A stretch of DNA of 64,000 nt from Lingula anatina. Its lineage: Eukaryota > Animalia > Brachiopoda. The stretch lies in the NCBI GenBank assembly GCA_051362555.1, contig CM120649.1:11904001-11968000 (forward strand). Direction: 5' to 3'. Below, piece by piece: positions 32,401-46,405 of this stretch. Made by a program: the position numbers and the translations under genes. Under the pieces are notes generated by a model. It saw nothing but the letters and a program-made list of their open reading frames with translations. It searched no databases and was not told where the DNA came from. Positions within the stretch are counted from its first letter, which is position 1. Every line of letters starts with the position of its first letter.

Positions 32401-35400
32401 TTTCCAAAAATAATATCTACTGGACTAAGATCTATATTGAATTGATGTAATTCACTTATCCATCCACAAAAAGATGTCCAGAAGGTATTAACATAATCAC
32501 ATGCTACAAAAAGATGGAGCAATGACTCTATCTCTACATTACAAAAGTCACACTTGTCCTCATTTACCAACCTAATTTTTTTTAGATAGCAATTTGTACT
32601 CAATATCCGATGAATAAGTCTATAATGGAACCATCTTAGCTTTACATCAATTGTGACAAAGAAAATAGATGAATAATATTTTTTTCCATAGTTCGTTATC
32701 TGCCGTGAAATTAAGATCTCTTTCCCATTTATATTCACTTGACAATTTCGATTGAGTTGTCGATAAAAAAACATTGTAAAATTCTTTTGCTCCTTTCTTA
32801 CTTTTATTCAGCCAGTAAAATAATATTGGTTGAGAAGGCAGTTGTTGCAAAGAGTTTATGATAGAATTAATAGTCCATTCACTCAAAATAGCATTTCTTA
32901 AACCCATAAAAATTGTAAAGGCCGGTCTGAAGTTGTATTTAATACAGAATTCGTCATAGGATAGAAAGTTTCCATCTTTCTTTATCAAATCCTGAATGAC
33001 CATTATCCTTTTCCTTATCCACGTTTCATACAAAATAGGTTTATTTTCAATTCTAATCCTGAAATTCAACCATAAAGGGTTCTGAGAACATACATTTAAA
33101 TCATCATCGATAATTGTTTTAAATTCATACAATGCCATAAGAGCATCTTTCCAAAAATTATTATTATTATTATTTGCAAATTCTTTTAGATTCCAGTTTC
33201 CATACACTAAAAAAGTCTCACAAAAGTTTGGCATCATTGACTTTAAAACTAATTTTTTCCAAGAGGAGTCACCTTCCAACAATCTTCTAAACCATGTAAT
33301 TTTCATAGATTTTAGTAAGAAAGATAAATGTGGCATTTTCAGTCCCCCATGACAATAATCTTGCACAATCGTATTCCTTGATACCCTGTCATTTTTATTG
33401 TTCCAAATGAATTTGAAAAATAGCTTTTCTAAGGATTTAATAATTTCAGCTGATGGATTGGGCAAACTTAGAAAATAATGGATGAGTTTGGGGATTAATA
33501 TTGTTTTAACTACTGTAATTCTCCCTATCACTGTAAGCATGCGCTTAGACCAATATGAAATGAGTTTCTTTATTTCTTCGATTTTGCCCTTATAATTTAA
33601 AGTAATCATATCTTTTAAGTTGAGACTAAAGACAACTCCAAGAACAGTGAAAGGTTCTGAAGTCCAGGATATATTATATTCTGGACATAGTTTTTCTGAA
33701 TTGTTTATTTTACTTCCAATCCAAATACACTGTGTCTTCTCAATATTTGGCATAAGGCCAGAAAACTTTGAGTACTGCTGTATAATATTTAAACATGACT
33801 TTAGCGAATTTTCATTGCCATCCAATAATATAACCGTATCATCAGCATATTGCATAATTTTGTATGATTCATCCCCTAGAGCAATACCTTTTATATCCGC
33901 CTGATTCCGAATCATTATACCCATGATTTCAGCACACAACAAAAACAAGTACGGTGAGATTGGGTCACCCTGGCGGCAGCCACGTCCTATGTTAAAAAAT
34001 TTACTAAATATTCCATTTTGAATAACACAAAGTTCAAATCCATTAAAAATCAGCTCTATCCACTTTTTGTATTTTGGCCCAAAATTAAAGAAGTCTAGTG
34101 TTTTAAAAAGAAATTTCCATGAAACAGAATCGAATGCCTTTTGAAAATCAACCAATAAAACCATCCCTGGGATATTATTTTCTTCTGTAAACTGCAAAAT
34201 ATCATAAAGTAGTCTAGTATTCTCACCAATATATCTTCCTGAAATAAATCCTTTTTGGTTTTCGTGTATCAAATCATCTAAGACTGTTTTGATTTTATTT
34301 GCTAAGACTCCTGCCAGTATTTTATATGTTATATTAAGCAGGGAAATTGGTCGCCAGTTCCTGAGGTATTCCCTGGGCTTATCCCCTTTGGGTAGTATAG
34401 ATATTATCCCTTGTTTTTGTGATATTGACAGATGACCTATATCAAAGCTATGCAAATAAGACCTGTATAGAAAAAATCTAATGTCATTCCAGAAGAACTT
34501 AGAAAATTCAGCTGTAAACCCATCAGGGCCTGGTGACTTATCATTACTCATTTTATGGAGAGATTTATGTATATCATCTAGTGTTATATCTTCATCTAAA
34601 GCTTGCCTTTGGTTATCCCTTAATGTTGGAATATTTAAATCTTGAAACATTTCATACAAGTTAACATCGTCTAGATTATCATCCTGTGATCGATATAAAT
34701 CTTTGTAGAAAGTTTCGATTTCTCCTAATATTAATTTCTGATCATTTATTTCCTGTCCATCTGTGTTTATCAATTTACGTATGTTTTTATTTATATAATT
34801 TCTCTTTTCTAAACTACAGAAATATTTTGTTGCCTTTTCTCCATCTTCAATCCATTTTGATCTACTACGTAATAAAAGTCCTTTCAGTTCATTTTTTCTT
34901 ATTTCTTCCAGTTGTAATTGTAAATCACTCTTCACTTCCATCAACGTTTCACTATGATCGAAATCTGTTAACTCTTGTATGATTTTTATTTGATTTTCTA
35001 TAGATTTTTTAATTTTCGATGATTCTCTTTTCTTTTTAGAACAGTATGAAATAGTCATACCTCTAATGTTCATTAATAACATTTCTAAAAACATTGCATC
35101 ATCACAAGAAAAACATAATTCCATCTCCGAGATGCTATTAATGGCATCCAAATTATATGGTAGAAGGGCATAATCCTTTTTTGTTTCCTCTATTACTTGT
35201 TTTACCTTTTTGACATATTCCAATTCTTCCAAGACCAAGTTATTAAACCTCCAAAAGCCTGCTCCTTTTGTCTGTTCATTTATTTGCACCTCTAATGAAA
35301 TATAAGCATGATCTGTTCTATATCCAGGATTTATCTCTGCCTTTTGTACCAAGTTCATGATCTCTCTAGTTATAAGAAAATAGTCTAATCTTGCTTTTTT

Positions 35401-36283
35401 GGTAGGATTTCTCCTAAACCATGTATATCGTTTAGTATTATGATTTTTTATTCTCCATGGATCAACTAGGTTATGTTTACTTTTCAAATCATGCATAGCT
35501 TCTCTGGCCCTGGGATTATTTACATTATCTGAATAGTTAAATGTGTCTAAGTTAACATCTTGAGTCATATTCCAATCTCCGCATATTATATTAAAATCCG
35601 TGTCATAATTCTCTAAATCTGATGCAAGCTTAGAGAAGAAATTTGGAGAGTCACTATTTGGTCCGTAAATATTTACAAGATTCACCTCAAAATTTTTTTC
35701 AATATTCATTCTTAACGAAATAAAATTACCGATATTATCAGTTTGCACACTTTGTACTTTATATTCTATTTTGTTGTTTAAAAGAACTGCGACACCTCTC
35801 GAGTCAGTCCTACCAGGACTTATAAAACATTCATAGCCCCACTGACTTCTTACATATGCATAATCTTTCTCTGAGAAATGTGTGTCTTGAAGGCAATAAA
35901 TATCAAATTGTTTTTCTCTCAAGACTCTGCTTAACAATCTTACCGAGGCTGCAAGGCTTTGGCTAAACTTTGCAAAAAACCCATGACAGCTTCTAAAAAA
36001 ACAGAGAATAAATGGTGGTAAAAAAGTATACATACCAGTCTAATGTCTATAAAACAATTTCAGACAGTTTTACAAACATGCTCAATTTTGTTGAACATAT
36101 CATCTCCCTGGTGAGCTTACTAAAATGTGTGATTGTGTGTGTGTGTATATATAAGTGTACTTGTCTCTTCCATGTTTTATCAGGTGTATCCATAAGTGTG
36201 TGTGCGCATATGCATATTCTTGTGTGTGCATGCATGTATGAATGTACTTGTCTTTTCCATGTTTAACCAGGTTTATCCGTAAT

Positions 36284-36317
<34 letters not shown>

Positions 36318-37529
36318 TGGATGTATGCCCACACATGCTTACAATTGTCCAGTCCATGTTTTACCTGGTTTGTCCATAATTGCATCTTGCAATGAGCGAT
36401 GAGCAAAGGTGGGGAAGCCGACCAGCTGAGCCAACTCGTGTCTGGTGCTCAGCAACCTCTCTAATATCGCCTCCTGGTGCTCCAAACGATACAGGTACAG
36501 GCGATAGGCAACCTCTCGCACCTAGGTATTATAAAGATGAGGAATTATTATAGCTGTTAATAAATAAATACAAGAACAAGTTCAATTTTGATTTGTGTTT
36601 ACATTTTAGTGTTTTCTTTGATGGATGAATGGAGGATTTATTTCATATATTCTTATATATATATAGTATTCTTGTCATAACTTTTATCATTATCATGAAT
36701 ACTTCAGGAGACTCCACATATAAACTACTGTACGATATTTTCAAGCCATACAATTTTCTCTTGTTATATCACGATTCCAGTTAATAGGCAAAGTATATGA
36801 ACTTTCAGTTAGAACCAAAGAAAAAGTCCATTCCACATGATTAATTTTTTTCTAGATCACAATAACTCAATTTAAAATGTGACAAATATTTTTTTCAGTT
36901 TTTACAACAGTTCTTTCCAAGTCCAGTGTGCTGGAGCATGGTAAACAATATCCCACAACTTGTTTCAAGGCCATGACTTATTATTTTGATAAACCACACC
37001 CATAGTTAACTCACTCTTTCTGACTGGTGGTATGGAAACATTCCTGTGACAGCAACATTGTCTCCATCAATACCAAATCTAGAAAAAAATCAAATCTTAG
37101 ACTTAGCCAAGTTTTTACTATAAACTACCTTTTATTTAATGATATATGTTTTTTTTGTTTTTTTTACTCTTTAACTCCTAGGGATATGCCAATAAATATA
37201 GTATGCACCAATATACATAAATATTCAACATGTCTTCACACAGTCAAATCTACAGCAGGTTCTAAAATATTAAAACCAAGTTTAAGTCTACTCTGGGCCA
37301 AGAGAAATCAACCGTACATTTGTTCATAATGTCCAGGCCAAGAAAAAATAATTTTAGAAAATAATTTATTGCTTCAGACTGATTGCTTCATTTGTATTGT
37401 TTGAGCCATTACCATGGTCCACATTAAATTAAATATATTTTAAGCCTGTCTTATGACAAACCTGGTGATTATTTCAGAGTGGACTTATAGTGAAGAAAGC
37501 TAACCTTTTCAGGCAAAATTTCTTTTCTA

Positions 37530-37579
<50 letters not shown>

Positions 37580-40350
37580 CAGTTTCAGTGGCTAACAACT
37601 TTGTTACCAAAGTTACATGCACATATCGTAGCCTATCAGGAACAGTGTTACAGCAACTGACTTATTTATGTGAAAAAACGGGCTAGTCCTCTGTCTATCA
37701 AAAAGTTGAAGTCATTTATACGTACACATATTGCAGGTTTTCTGGCAGGTGGTTTTTGGCAACCCTAATTGGTTCTTCTGTCCGTTGAGTGAAAGTGTTA
37801 CTCAAGTGAATGATCTTCTTGTTTAACTCCACAAATTTTTCTCTCTGCAAGTTTAAAAACACCCCATGTTTGATTATTTCATGATTAGGATGCAAGCACA
37901 CTTTCAGTGTGATTTTTTTAAAAGAAATACCACACCTATTCCTTGCAGGTTAAAAAGGCAACATACATCTTAGTTAATTTTCTTCAATCAATTAGCTTTT
38001 GTACCCTCCTCCCTATCTCCCACAGTTCATTATTTTTCACTGTAATAATTCCAGGCACTGAGCACATTATCACAAAATCACTTAACTTTGCTTCATTTCA
38101 AATTCTAAAAAATTTACGAACAAAATTAATGACCAATGTCCATTAGCGTAACATTGCATGCATAATTTCTATTCATAATCATTTAATATTCAATAAACTA
38201 AACAATTTGGAAATTCATTGTCAATGTCCATTGGTGTTCCATTGCATACATTTAAATTATCAACATTACAGTCACTTTTACCATTATTTACAACAGTTCC
38301 TTTTGAATGAAGTCAGATCAATACAAATACAGTAACAGCCCAATGTGTGTTGGCATACCGTTGTGTCATTCAGATCTATCCCACTTTTTTCAAAGTCCAC
38401 CAAGAAGAGCTCTATCACTCTCTTGTCTATGTCATCAGTGGGCATGGTGTCCCCCTCCAGGTGGACTTTCTTCAGGGCCTTGTACAGGGGAACGTTGGTG
38501 TTCAGTCTAAAATATATGACGAGACTTCAGTGACAACAGTCAACACATACACACATACATACACATGAACCTACATCACACACTCTCTCTGTCTCTATAT
38601 TTCTCTCCCTCACACACACACACACACACACACACATTCTCTCTCTCTATCTCTCTCTCTCTCTCCCTCACCCACTCTCTCACACACAAATACATAAACA
38701 CACAAACAAATACATACACACATATAAACAAATCATGACTTACATACCTCAGGTAAACAAGCATTTTGGCACACATACATACACAGACACAAATACAAAC
38801 AAATGTATAAACACACATGTACACATATACTTATATTCTCTTAGCGATAACATTACACAAACATTCACATATATACTCTCTCTGAAAACAAATATACAAA
38901 CACATAAAAACTCACGTGCACATACTGACACATACATTTGTCTCAGTACTGTACGTCTTATTCACATTTTATTTTGTAGTATACTTGACAGTAATAACCA
39001 CTGTAAACACTACTTGTATTCATTACTTTATATGTAACTTTGATAATAGAGCTTACTTTTCCACCAGATAATTCACACCAAGACAAGCTTCTTCTGCAGC
39101 AGTGGAATAGTTCATGTCTGGATGGGCAACACGGACAAATTCTGCCTTAAGAAAAATAAAATAAAGCAATTAAATTGCTTTCTTTAGAATTGATTGGTGT
39201 CAGTACCAGCAACACAAGCTCAGTTAACAAAATTTGGTTGAACTTTTTTTTTTTACAATAATGATGTTTCATACCAAAAAGTGTCAAACTATGTTCCATT
39301 ATGTTCGCTGTAACTGCTCCTTGAGACATCAAAAACCATCATGTTCTGTTAGCACGTGTTCAGAAACCAAAAGTCATTATGTTCAATGTAAATGTGCCTT
39401 CAAACATCAAAAACCATTACCATATCAGCAACTCTGCACAGCACGTCGGACATGTCATCCAGGACCTCCACCATTTTTCTGCTTCTCTTGTCACTGACGG
39501 CCTCGGACACAAGTTCATCTGTGATGTTTTCTGCATCTTCATATAGTATGTGGAAGCTTTTAGGCTCAGTGAGGCCTGGGATGCAGAACAATCCCTGAAA
39601 TTTAATAAGCTTTTTAAAAGTATTGAACTTCCCTATGCAAAATATCAGGCCTGCTGCAAATTTGCAGTGATTTTGAAGAAAATTTGCAGCAATATTGCTG
39701 CAAACTTTTCATTTTTCTAAGGGCTGATATGCTGAAAGCCAGTAAAATATGTCATTAAAGCAGTGTTTTAGCATCAATATTGAGGTGGTTTGAGGTCACA
39801 AGATTTTCAACCAAAAACTTGAATTCACTTTTTTTGGTACTAGTATGCATATCTGTCATGCAGAGGATGATAAACTCATTTCTTTCTCTTACATACTGTG
39901 AATCTGTTATATACATAGTAGTTACTAAATAAATTCACACAGTCTGAATTTTAATTAGGATTTAAAAAAAATAATAATGATAAAATAATAATAAAATAAA
40001 AAATAATGATTATTATTATTAATATTATTATTATTATTATTTACCTGATTAGTAAAGTCAAACCTAAATTTCTCTACAGGCTGGCTGTTGAAGACAGAAG
40101 CAAGCGGGGACCATGTTGTGACATTTCTTGTTTGTAAATGATAAGAAGTTGTCTGAAACTCTCCTGCATGGCTGAAAACAGGCTTCACTTTACTGTCTCT
40201 GTATCTGTAAAGATGGCCCTGCTGTCTAGGCGTGGAAACAGAGAGGCAATGGTGGTGTAAGGAAGATACTGTAGAAAGTCTTTGAACACTTTGTCTTCTG
40301 TGTTGGAGTTTTAACCTGCCTAATGAAACATTCCACAGTTTTGAAGTCAT
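26692..40350 (-). CDS. MIPEP: Mitochondrial intermediate peptidase (M3 zinc metallopeptidase), multi-exon
   Basis: Arg/Ser-rich presequence then [10 protein letters not shown]; [125 protein letters not shown] (HEXXH), [19 protein letters not shown]; last exon [25 protein letters not shown] at 26692. Confidence 0.95.
31721..35925 (-). mobile_element. 5'-truncated L1/Tx1-type LINE with poly(A) tail and target-site duplication, inside a MIPEP intron
   Basis: Poly(A) seen as T15 at 31721-31735, preceded on the minus strand by AATAAA. Direct repeat TCTGCTTAACAATC at 31707-31720 and 35926-35939 flanks the element. No ORF1; begins within the first endonuclease motifs of ORF2. Confidence 0.93.
32178..35925 (-). 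pseudogene. LINE ORF2 (APE endonuclease, reverse transcriptase, C-terminal Cys/His domain), N-truncated, one frameshift
   Basis: EN motifs [22 protein letters not shown]; RT motifs [44 protein letters not shown]; C-terminal [14 protein letters not shown] lies in ORF 32178-32774, offset by a frameshift near the A-run at ~32680-32687. Confidence 0.92.
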
Positions 40351-41908
40351 TTTTTGTGATTTTTAAAAGTATTTGAACACTCTCCTGTTGTTCTTGTTCT
40401 TTTTTAATTTCTCCTTTTTGGTAACTTCCTTGCTTCCTTGCTTCCTGCAACTACAGAAAAAGGACAGAAAAATGGTAAATATTTTAACAAATTTTCAGTG
40501 ATCACAATGAAAAATTCAAGTACACGTACATGTAGTCCCATACAGCAAGCAGCATATAATTCAGAAAGAATATAAGGATACATACATAAAAGGCTGCGTG
40601 AACCTTAATTGTTACTTCAATAAATTCTGGAATAAAATACAACGTAAGGTAATATTTTTAAACTCTCGAGTCGAGAGCAGTCGAGACGGGGATACTCCGT
40701 ACACTATGAAAAAAAGCACGATATTCAAAACATATACATAAGAGTAATTTGGTATAACTGACATGAAATTCGGCTTTCCTTCGGTATAATTACTTTATCT
40801 CAGCTTTAAAAACGATTAAAGGCTATTAATGTTACGTTATTCATAACTTACCTCACTCGCGAGTGTTTATTTCTGCATGATTGTTTGATAAGTAATATCT
40901 TCGTTCCTCCTGACACGGAAGAGTTGGCTCAACTAACACAATCTAAAACTATTAGCACTACTAACGCATTGATGTTATAAGACAACAAGGCTTTTTTTCA
41001 GTCTATTCTACAACTTTTATCAATATTATCTGCTAAGACAGTTCTTCTATTAGCGATTTTAAAAAGATGTTTTCTCATCAATTAGTTTTCTTTTAAAGAA
41101 AACAGCAATGACACATACTGGTGGGTGACATTTCAACAAAATTTATTTTTCACTTTAAAAATATTAGTGAAAACTCATCAACAGTTTAACCAATTTAAAA
41201 AGTAATTGTAAAATACATTACTGTTATTTAATATTATCACAAAAAATGCTTTTAGCAAAATGAAGAAGTATTATATATTCAACAGATGGTGATAAATTGA
41301 AAGTATTTCTGCACTATTCAAGTTATTCACATCTTCCAGTGCACACATTTTATACAAGAGTTAAATTTTTGAGCAAATCAACATCATTTTTAGAAAATAT
41401 ATATTTTAAAGAAAAGTTTTAAACCTTCAGATGGCATTTTGCATAGTTTTGTCACAACTCTTTGGAGAGTTGATGGAGCATTTTTTACACTGAATAGCAC
41501 TCTTTTACAACAGGATATGCTATATTGTGTTTTACCCTTCGATCATATATTTACATTTTGTAGCAATAAATATAAATACTAATTACACAAGATGACTTTC
41601 ATTCAATTTCAAACTTGTTAATTACTTATGACATTTTTTACAAGTCTTTGGGATTTCCATTAAATTTGCACAGCAGAATAACAAAAGTCAGTTCAGTAAG
41701 TTTCCCCGACATGGCAGCCAATGGGAATATCTTTCAACTTAACTGAAAGCAAATAATCTTTTCTCCAAAATAACATTGATCATGGCACAAATGACAAATA
41801 ATTGCTCCTGAACTTATACCCTTTTCACATAAATTTCCTATGAGAACACAATTATGTACAATAGTATTATTATTATATATATATAGCCTTTTTCATAAAA
41901 CCAGGAAC

Positions 41909-41912
<4 letters not shown>

Positions 41913-41986
<74 letters not shown>
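41913..41986. repeat. (TA)n microsatellite
   Basis: Uninterrupted TA run. Similar runs at ~53047-53086 and ~63094-63176; (CA)n at ~37534-37576 and ~53423-53461; (GATA)n at ~44036-44073. Confidence 0.95.
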
Positions 41987-41987
<1 letters not shown>

Positions 41988-42300
41988 ACTGACTCCAATG
42001 ATAGACATTTGCAAGAACAACTTTCAGTAAAAAAGGTAATGGGCAAATGCCATACATATCTGCCAGTGATAAAAGGACACAAAAGGCATGCACATTTTTG
42101 GAAATTATGCAAATCATAACACATGTGAATGAATGTACCAGTATATAAATTAAACAATGAAATACCAAAATACATACCCTGTCAATACAAATTCCAAGTA
42201 TTAATACTGGCAATTAAATACTTTTTTAATTGAGCTCATAGGGTGTAATTAACACTAAAACATTTCATCAGGCTTGTGGCCATGATAACCATACTTAGTA

Positions 42301-44034
42301 TCACGTATTTGTGAGCTCTTCCAGAGTGAGTAAGTCAATATCTATGGTCAGGGAGGCTTCTGCTCTTCGACTTGACTGTTTCACTTGATGCACAGAGTCA
42401 TTATTATTGTTGTTGTTTTGATTTAAATGGGCCAAATCATTATCCTGTTTGCTAATTACAGGGTTGGAATCTGGTTCTCCAGTTCCATCTGCAGTGTTTA
42501 GTGTTTCTTTGTTTTTATTTTCATCTTCTTCTTCAGTGACAAAGAACAGCACGCTATCTTGCTGCTTTGGATCAACAGTCATTTGATCCTCTCCAGTTTC
42601 CATGTCACCTTCTTTACTGGTTACTCCATCTTGATCTGTCATTGATAACCCTGTATTGGTCTCCTCTTGTTCTCTGCCAACAATGCCTTCAACTGCCATT
42701 GGTATGGACCTGTCTTTGATGTGGGCATCACCAGCACCCTCCACTGCCCTGTTTTCACTTTCATGTTGATGACTGTCTTCCTTGAGACTGACCTCATTAT
42801 TCAAATCATCCTTTGGTTCAGTAGCCTGTTCAGGAATAACTTGATTGGCAGGATCAACTTGTTCATCCTGACTTTTGTTGGCCTCATCAACCTCCTCAAT
42901 AAGCTCATCAAGGTCATTCCCAATGTCATTTGCATTAACTCCGCCTGTGACACTGCTGTAGTCCAGCATGCTATTACCCCTTGCTGTGGCGCTTTCTTCT
43001 GCAAGCCCAGTGTTGTCCTCTTCCACCAGAGTGCTCGGAATGGCCAGATCCTCTTGTGATTGGGATTTCCCTGTGGGAAAAATATATTTTTTATTAGCAA
43101 GGACAATTAAGGATCAAGGGCTCTGAAAAAGATATTTAATTCACACCATCCTTTTCTTGGATTTAAATAATGAAAATAATGAGTGTATCATATTGCATTC
43201 AACAAATAAATAAATATATTATACATGAAGAAGAAGAGAAAAACTGCCTCACCATCAGCTGCTGATTCTGGCTTCTCTTGTAAAGCTGCCACATTTTGCT
43301 CAGTGGTGACCCCTGGTGTCTTGGTGGTCTGTCTTGGAGTATTCACAGGTCTTGCTGTCACTGCATTAGGGCTCCACACGGATGCCTGGACACCCTGGAC
43401 TTCAATACTGTTCATTAGTGGGTTGTGGGCACTCAGTGGAACTGGGGCTTTCTGATATTTGGCGCCTTTCAGCTGTGCACCGCTGACTTTAACTCCTATA
43501 TAAATTAATTAACTAATTAATATTTTATCAAAATAACTTGGTTATTGATGTAAGGCAACAAGTGATTTCAAAATGAAAGTGAAAGTACTTGGTCAAACAT
43601 CCACAATTTACTGAATAAAACCTAATGAGAGAAATTGCCAACAAATTAAAAAGAAACAAAGTTTTTCTAGTGGTAATCAATTGGCTGCTGGTACGATATT
43701 AACTAACTGGATAATAATATATATCATTTTAATAGTCAAATCTTAATATAATTCATTGCCACATAAATACAGACCAAATATCACACTTACCCTTCAGTCG
43801 TATGTCCTTGGGCAAGTCAAAGAGGAACAGGTTCTTCTTGCTGTTGTCTCTGGCACTGGAGGGCCGTTTCCTGCTGTCCTGCATGCTTCTGGGTATGTTT
43901 GGTGTGGAGGTGGCTGGGGTGGGTCTGGAGAGATGGTGAGGATGAGGAGGAGGAGGAGGGAAGGAGTCGTGTCTACTGGAGAGATGGCCTGCCTCAGTCT
44001 GTGGGTGACCATGATTCCTGGAATGAGGGAAATC

Positions 44035-44074
<40 letters not shown>

Positions 44075-46364
44075 GGACAGAAAATGATTAGGTTAAACAA
44101 TTATTTTATGCCACTCCCTTAATTAACATCCATATTATTATTATTATTTATAAATGAAAATGCACTTTCTTAAAAGTTAAACTAAGAAACTAAAAGAAAA
44201 ATAAATAAATAAATAAACTTAAATGAATAAAAACATACAAATAAACTTGAGCTTTATTATGACTCACCTTGCATGCCTCTCATAAACTGGTGGGTAGGTG
44301 GAGGAGGCTTCAGGAAAGGTGGTCGCAGAGACTGAGGCATGGCCAGACCCTGAACCGGGAGTATTCTCTTCATCAGAGTCAGAGCATGTAGATTCTGAAA
44401 AATATTAACGATAAGTTTTGAAATAATAATCATACAATGTGCATGAACTACAATGAAAAATACCAGTTACTGAAAAATGAGTTGATCACATTTGTGTAAA
44501 ATATAAAAGATGTAACCATGTTATTTGAAATTAATTATCAGTGTTACATAAGAGTAAAATACATAATTGTTTTATAGCAGCAACAGCAGTAACTGCTTTA
44601 TTTCGACAGATTTGTAAATTCAGTGTCTTTTTTATCAAAAATATACAATTATGTTAAATAGCAAGTGTTTTACATTGAAAAAGTACTGTGATTTTGACAT
44701 TACCTCAAAAACAGAATGAGAAACTGCTTTTATAATGTAGGCATATTTAAAGACAGATGGTGGATAAACAGCAATTTCCATTACCAAATTAACAAGTGTC
44801 ATTATTTTACAAACCAAAAATTATTCAAAATCAATGGAGGAATTGAAGTCACAGGTTAAGTGAAATGCAAGTCACCATCAAGTGCTTTATTCTAATTAAA
44901 ACTAATGATTTCCAATAAAGCAACCATGTGTAACATTCAGCGTGAAATAATTGGAACATAGAGAAGTGGATTATCAAATGCAAATCCCATAAATCTGATT
45001 CTAGGGAAACTGAAGGGCCACAGGGTAAAACTGAATAAATATGGTAAAAATTCTTCAATCTTGAAATCATGCACTATTTGAATAATTAACCTATATGTAT
45101 AAATAAATAGATAATTGGCAAACAGGATATATTAAATAATGTTAAAATAAATGTGAAATGTGAATGGCATTTAGAAATACATTACCTTTCTTGTAAGTAG
45201 TAATCTGAGTAAAATAACATATCAACATTCAATTAAACTAATACTATGTAATATGTAAAACAGCAGCTATATATTTTCTGGTTTCACTCTGCTCATAGAA
45301 AATGATGTCATTTTTTATTTCTATTTTTTCCCATTTGAATACTTCTTCAATTTTTTTTATAATAGCCAATCATCATTTAACCAAATGTTGCAATGTGGCT
45401 GACATTAGTCATAAATATACAAAGTCTTGGCCTAAATCTAAAGACAAAAAAGAGAAAAAATGAAGCGATTATCTTTGTTTGCATTCAATTATCTTTAATT
45501 CCTTTCAAATTATGTTTTCTTTTTGCCTTTTCTTTTTTTTCTTTTTGAATTGATGGCAGTAGAGTGAATCCAATTACACTACAAAAGCTAATCATAAAAA
45601 GCAACAATACAAATAAACAACATTAATTAGATAAATATTATTAAATCATACATTCAAGTATTAGAAATCCTTAGCACAGTTACACAACAGATCGCAGCGA
45701 ACATGTTACTAGCAAATACATTATTAGTAATTTTAGTCATATTAGTTTATCACTTATAACCGTAATGACCCAATCTTTTCAATGTGGCAAAATTATCAAT
45801 TTTTTAAATGCATGATTTTAGAATCGTGAAAATAATTATACATCTCTGTGGCTTTTGTTGTGTTTTTTTTTCTATATAGAATATAAGTATGAAGTAGTCT
45901 TTGTTTGTGTTTAGTTGCAATAATAATGTACGTTCTATCTTTGAGAATTTATGACTTGAAAAAACACACAATCTGTAAAATTCACAATTTTTGCCCATTG
46001 AAAAGATAGAGTAATTACAGTACCTACGGGTCAGCCATACGGCAATTCCCTCACCTTGAGGTGTCCCAGGCGTGTGTTGGTCAGATCTATACTGGTCATC
46101 TACATGGTCAACTATATTGCCTTCAGCGTCCTTCATCTCTATGGTTTTCCTTATTTTCTCCACAAAGAAGGTCTGTCCTGGGTTACTGCGAGGCATGTAG
46201 ACACCAAACTTGAAAAGGCTTTTTGAATCTAGGTAGTGGGCACTGTAAATGAAATGCCATGTGATAATAATCATACTGTCAAAAATTTTTTTTTTCAGTT
46301 TGGATTAAGAATTTACCTTAGGTTCTTTTCGTAAAGAAAAAAAAAAGAATTCCAGGTGAAAAGA

Positions 46365-46405
<41 letters not shown>

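Noticed and set aside
35926-36033. Apparent N-terminus (MYTFLPPF...) of the 1128-aa LINE ORF, suggesting an intact ORF2 or a MIPEP-RT fusion
   Set aside because: It lies outside the TSD, in host intron plus a MIPEP exon read in another frame; the MIPEP frame is not continuous with ORF2.
41838-42213. ORFs with YIYIYI repeats (likewise CVCV, THTH, IYLF ORFs elsewhere)
   Set aside because: Translations of microsatellites.
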